A stretch of 63,539 nucleotides of DNA, counting the filler, from Aduncisulcus paluster (Eukaryota): the NCBI GenBank assembly GCA_024181965.1. It is 8 parts of 8 records of this genome, joined end to end, with 100 filler letters (N's around TTAATTAATTAA, not from the genome) between each part and the next. Parts side by side here need not be neighbours in the genome. Positions count along the whole stretch, not along the records: positions 57,955 to 61,800 come from BQXS01012320.1; positions 61,901 to 63,539 come from BQXS01012332.1; 6 more parts are not named here. One strand, written 5' to 3'. This document shows positions 59,039 through 63,539 of the stretch, piece after piece; within the stretch, counting starts at the first letter, position 1; each line of letters begins with the position of its first letter. A program made the position numbers and the translations under genes. Below the pieces are notes generated by a model. That model saw nothing but the letters and a program-made list of their open reading frames with translations, did no database searches and was not told the DNA's origin.

Positions 59039-59336
59039 ATCTACCTTCTATGCGGGCTTGGAAGCGGCCTGTGCATAAGAGAAGCGACTTGTGTATCGTC
59101 TTATAGCTGGAATTTGATCCAAAAAAAGAACCAAAGAGCAAGGGTAATCACCTAAGCTTTTCGTTCAGAACGACGTTCTTTCGACCAAAAAACGCCAAAA
59201 AAATCTCGCAAATTGATTCCAAAGTTTATTGAAACAATTTATGATAAAATCTTTCCGATCAAAAATTTGGTGATAACCAGCTGGTTTGTCAACACAGTTT
59301 CGTCCTATAGGCTCCTATAATAAATAAACAACACAT
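59039..59336 (+). repeat. Dispersed ~270-300 bp repeat, copy 2
   Basis: Colinear similarity to the reverse complement of 36058..36311. Confidence 0.85.
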
Positions 59337-59355
59337 TAAATCCATATAACATAAT

Positions 59356-60234
59356 TTATTCTTCAGCAGCAGTCACCTCTCTCTCCTCTACCTTTGCTTC
59401 TTCCCACACACCCTCTCCACTCTCGTGGTATAAGCTAATTTGGCTGTCCCCACTTCCAACAGCAAGAACTGTTCCAATCATATTCCAGCTGACACTCCAG
59501 CATGGCTTTACATCGTCAGATGACTCGACAATTGTTAGAGATTCCCATTTGCCAGCAACATCTCCGGCTTTATGAACGAAAACTTTTCCTTCTCTTCCAC
59601 AACTAGCGATTCTAATCGGTGTCTCGGTAATACCTGGGGCCCAAGCAACACAACTAACCCAGTCATGGGCTTTTATGCATATTAAAGGTTTAGAATACTC
59701 CTCTGCACCGTCCTCAGCCGAACTAACGCCAGAAGATCCAGTACAGGCCCATACTTTAACATTTCCATCGCATCCACCTGTGGCAAGAAGAGCACGAGTA
59801 CTATCGGTTGTGGGAACATGGGGACACCATGTTACAGAGGTACAACCACCATCGTGAGCGTGAAATGAAGAATGTGATAATTTTCCATGGTTATATGTTG
59901 TAAAAAATACGCTACCATTGGCACATGCAGCTGCAATCCGAAATCCGAGTTCTTTAGGAGCTATAGACAAAGCTAATAAACTGCTAGGAGCGACCATTGA
60001 GTGAGCATTCCGAAAATGATTTGGATCTTCTTCAACCCAAACAATAAGACGACCATCTTGTCCAATGGACACGATAGCACTTCCTAAATCAGGATGAATG
60101 AAAACAGAATCAAATACAGGACCTTTATGACCAGTCAAGGTTGTCGCCAGTTTACCATCTTGAAAAACATCTATTGATCCATCAGCTTTTGATACACAAA
60201 GTCTTTTACCGTCGTGGCTACTGTTTATATTCAT
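59356..60234 (-). CDS. SEC13: SEC13 WD40 protein (COPII/nuclear pore)
   Basis: DGKRLCVSKADGSIDVF, LTGHKGPV...HPDLGSAIVSIGQDGRLIVW, APKELGFRIAAACANG, LATGGCDGNVKVW, HDWVSCVAWAP and WSVSWNMIGTVLAVGSGDSQISLY..EGVW are all colinear with Sec13. Confidence 0.88.
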   Translation of the reverse strand: MNINSSHDGKRLCVSKADGSIDVFQDGKLATTLTGHKGPVFDSVFIHPDLGSAIVSIGQDGRLIVWVEEDPNHFRNAHSMVAPSSLLALSIAPKELGFRIAAACANGSVFFTTYNHGKLSHSSFHAHDGGCTSVTWCPHVPTTDSTRALLATGGCDGNVKVWACTGSSGVSSAEDGAEEYSKPLICIKAHDWVSCVAWAPGITETPIRIASCGREGKVFVHKAGDVAGKWESLTIVESSDDVKPCWSVSWNMIGTVLAVGSGDSQISLYHESGEGVWEEAKVEEREVTAAEE

Positions 60235-60581
60235 GATGTTCGACCAAAAAATGGTCGGTCAGATGAGAAGTGTTGTCTTGGACAGGAGAAGAATTAATTT
60301 ATCAGTATAATGAAATTCCAATTTATAACACAAAATGAAAAAAAATTTTGGTTTCTAATATTATGGTTTCGAAGTATTTACTTATTTAAAATGCAGGGTT
60401 GTTAACTCCGTGATTCTACGTATTATTACATTAATAATCAATTATTCATGATGTTATAGTTACTATCTGTAAATTTTTAGACTAGATTCTGCCATTATTA
60501 TGCGCGGCCAGAAACGTCAAACCAATCGAAACAATCTGGAACTCACATTTTTCGAATCGTTCTTTTTGTTCACCATTCAAC

Positions 60582-61115
60582 ATGTTATCCCAAATAACCC
60601 ATGATATCATTACATTCAAGGGTCTTGGAACAATATTTAAATCAATGAGTACGGCTGAAACCACGTTAGAAGGCAGATATAGTGATAAGGTTTCCGATCA
60701 TTATAACAATCCAAGGAATGTCGGGACATTTGACAAAGAGGATCCTTCAGTTGGAACAGCTTATGAAGGAGCTCCTGCTTGTGGTGATGTGCTTAGACTT
60801 CAGCTTAAAGTTGATGATAAAACAGGCAAAATTGTTGATGCCAAATTTAAAGCTTTTGGATGCATGTCTGCTATTGCTTCATCTTCATATGCCACAGAGT
60901 TGGTAAAAGGGAAAACTCTCGATGAAGCAGGTGCCATCACCAACAAAGATATCAGTGAGGAACTCGCTCTGCCCCCGATCAAATTACACTGTTCCATGCT
61001 TGCCGAACAGGCCATTCAAGGTGCTATAGAGAATTACAAGAAGAAAAAGGTCGGATGCGGAGCTAAGAATTGTTGCTCAACAGATTCTTCATCCAAGACT
61101 GATTGTGGGGCCTAA
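60582..61115 (+). CDS. ISCU: Fe-S cluster scaffold IscU with putative organellar presequence and Cys-rich C-terminal tail
   Basis: YSDKVSDHYNNPRNVG, GAPACGDVLRLQ, DAKFKAFGCMSAIASSS and ELALPPIKLHCSMLAE; all three conserved Cys are present. Confidence 0.96.
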   Translation: MLSQITHDIITFKGLGTIFKSMSTAETTLEGRYSDKVSDHYNNPRNVGTFDKEDPSVGTAYEGAPACGDVLRLQLKVDDKTGKIVDAKFKAFGCMSAIASSSYATELVKGKTLDEAGAITNKDISEELALPPIKLHCSMLAEQAIQGAIENYKKKKVGCGAKNCCSTDSSSKTDCGA

Positions 61116-61413
61116 TTCGTTAATGATTTCCACATTTACAGCATCGCAATAGCATAACAACATTTTCTCATATATTCATTCATTTTCTATAAATATAAAT
61201 CATACTCCAAGACATGAAATGTCCGAGAGGTTCGACTTGGAGTATGGAAACTAATAATTATAAACTAATAATTAATAAATTAATAGATATTTTATTTGGC
61301 GTTTTTTTCCAAAAAAAAATTTCGGATTTTTTTTGGAAGATATTGAATGAAATTTAAATAAATTGAAAAATATTTGAGGAAATTGTCGGATTGGATTCGA
61401 ATATATCGACATT

Positions 61414-61800
61414 TCAGCATTCATCAGATAAAGATGAGAGAAGTTTCAATATTTCATCTGTTACAATGGCTTTCCTCGTCATAATCACCTTTTTCCATAT
61501 AGAATCTTGGATTAGCTTCTCAACTCTAAACTTAAGATCTGCCAATTCGGCTTCGAAAACGTCAAGGAGCTTAGACTTTCTAAATTTTTCATATAACCTA
61601 AGAACGGAACTATATAATTCTGAATCGGCCATTATTTTCTCATCGTCATTGAATTCTTGGAGTTCCTTTAGGAACATTATGCTTTTTTCTTTTGACTCAA
61701 GTTTTTCATAATCAACTTCTTTTACATATAACTTTTCAACCGGAATTGCTTTAGACAGCAAAAGGCAAACTATTTTCCATTGATAGATTTGAATAACATA
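61414..61800 (-). CDS. C-terminal fragment of a hypothetical protein
   Basis: ORF of at least 115 aa with coding composition, running from near the scaffold end. Confidence 0.5.
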   Translation of the reverse strand, partial: YVIQIYQWKIVCLLLSKAIPVEKLYVKEVDYEKLESKEKSIMFLKELQEFNDDEKIMADSELYSSVLRLYEKFRKSKLLDVFEAELADLKFRVEKLIQDSIWKKVIMTRKAIVTDEILKLLSSLSDEC

Positions 61801-61900
61801 NNNNNNNNNNNNNNNNNNNNNNNNNNNNNNNNNNNNNNNNNNNNTTAATTAATTAANNNNNNNNNNNNNNNNNNNNNNNNNNNNNNNNNNNNNNNNNNNN

Positions 61901-63539
61901 GACACGATCTCGAACAAGAGCGTATATATTCTGTTTTTCCTTATACTGTCTCTCCTCTTTTTTGCTCATCTTCTTCTTTCTTCCAGCAATCTCTTCCTCT
62001 TCTTTTCGTTGCACTTCCTCAATTTCTTTCCAATAAAATGACAAAATAATACATAATCGGTGTGGAATTGCTCTAAAAATAGAACCACATATTGAAGAAA
62101 CATATGAGAACGGTGTTAAATTCGGCGTGGAAGTTGGATTAAGGCTAGATCTACCCATTGAAGCTATTTTTGGAACAAATGATGAGGATAAAAATAGAGA
62201 AATCGGCAATTCGAGAATTGAAACATATTCTTGATTTGTGATTGGAGCTTTTCTTCCTCTTGATCCTCTGCTTGACTGTTTAGGAGGAACTTTCTCACCA
62301 GAAGAATGAGAAAGTGATGAGGAATTGGTCCAAAATACAGGAATAAGTGGAAGGGAGATATATTTTTGAAGCAACGAAGACAAGAACATTACATTTCTCT
62401 CTTTTGCAATAATAACCTCTCCAAACGGTTTTCCTTCAATGGTTTTCATAGCACCAAAAGACGACTTTTCCTCTTCCTCTTGGTATTGTTCAAGTTGCTT
62501 CTTTTCTTCTTGCATCATTTCATGGATATGAATGCATATTTCCAGCCACAAAGATACACAAACCGATCCAAACAGGAATGGATTGAGACCTTGAATAAAG
62601 ACCGAATCCGATGTTTTCGAAGTTGCCGAGGAAGAAGAGGAAGAAACTTTGGTCCAAAATTCATGGAAATTTCCTTGTTCCAAATCCATCTCTCGTTGTT
62701 CGGTTATCCTCCACAATGATACAGAAATAGCCACACCGATTGCCGGAATAAGAGATCTAAGAATAGACGGTGACCAATATAGAGGAATGATGCGATCAGT
62801 GAGGAAAGAAAGCATGGATGAAGTTATTCCAATGATATCCATTGTTGGCACCGATCTTATAAGTGAATCCGAACAAGATGAAGAAGGAGAGTGAAATAGT
62901 TGAGATTCCCCATTCAGAAGATGATATACAGATTCAAACATCCAGGTTGAAATAGAGAAGAAGGGAAGGAGAGAAGAGAGATTAAAAGGAGAAATATCAA
63001 AACATGATTTTTCTACACAACAATCCACATCTCCTTTTTGTATCGAGTCATCATTAATCCAACGAATTATATTAAAAACGGACACAGAAGAGTGATGGGC
63101 AAGTTCATAACCAGAGTATGATTTCTTTTTCACCAGCTCATATTGATTCATCCACTCTGTCAAACATATTCGAACCCCCTCACAAGCCACAGCCAAAGAA
63201 GCGAATGGAACTCTGATTCGTTTCTTACTAGCATGAACATCAGAGTAACACAAAGAGGTGAAGAGGAAAGACGTATGCAAGAGAGACTCAAGGAGAGAGT
63301 GTGTTTTAATGTAGGAATACATCTTTTCAGGTTCAATTGGAAGAAATAGCAATTGATTGTTCTTGGTAATAATATTCCTAATCGTTGAGTTAATAGCATT
63401 TGACAGAGGGAAAGAACATGTGTTGAAATTAAAATCAAAAACACACGATTCATGACCCATCTCTTCTTCTTCTCCTTCCTCTTCCTCCTCTTCCTCCTCG
63501 TCTTTCATTTCTTTTGCTCCTTTTTTCCAAGTCCACTCC
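61901..63539 (-). CDS. Internal fragment of a large helical-repeat-like hypothetical protein
   Basis: Open frame across the whole scaffold piece (>540 aa), with hydrophobic helices separated by acidic/Ser tracts. Confidence 0.7.

Noticed and set aside
1..63539. Hexamitid-type TAA/TAG=Gln genetic code
   Set aside because: Conserved genes (APC11, SEC13, WDR43, GRP94) end at TAA at the expected positions, and long ORFs are open in the standard code.

Overview
This is gene-dense, AT-rich, intron-poor eukaryotic DNA read in the standard genetic code. It is not one locus: eight scaffolds are joined by artificial 100-nt N44-TTAATTAATTAA-N44 linkers (scaffolds 1-7170, 7271-29203, 29304-36342, 36443-48305, 48406-55117, 55218-57854, 57955-61800, 61901-63539). 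Five 20-N gaps are flanked by duplicated overlaps, and several genes carry single-base indels in short homopolymers, so assembly noise is substantial. An IscU with an MLS-type leader, a bacterial-type redox gene, short GT-AG introns near 5' ends and expanded kinase and beta-sandwich families suggest an anaerobic free-living metamonad (fornicate-like, e.g. Aduncisulcus); this is inference only. Recognisable genes are TBCD, a USP deubiquitinase, a spliced APC11 missed by the ORF track, initiator tRNA-Met, ER Hsp90 (GRP94), a CoA-type Nudix hydrolase, an LRR-EGF-TM surface protein, two kinases, an ankyrin-FYVE protein, WDR43/UTP5, SEC13 and ISCU. There are also a decayed Ty3/gypsy element and a probable CMC/Plavaka-like transposase fragment. 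The most interesting items are a mosaic constant-variable-constant beta-sandwich/coiled-coil gene family in inverted copies at both ends of one scaffold, a divergent INTS9-like gene, an RNF213-like C-terminal region split by one in-frame TAG, and a ~270-300 bp dispersed repeat shared by two scaffolds. All family assignments come from reading motifs by eye; no searches were run.
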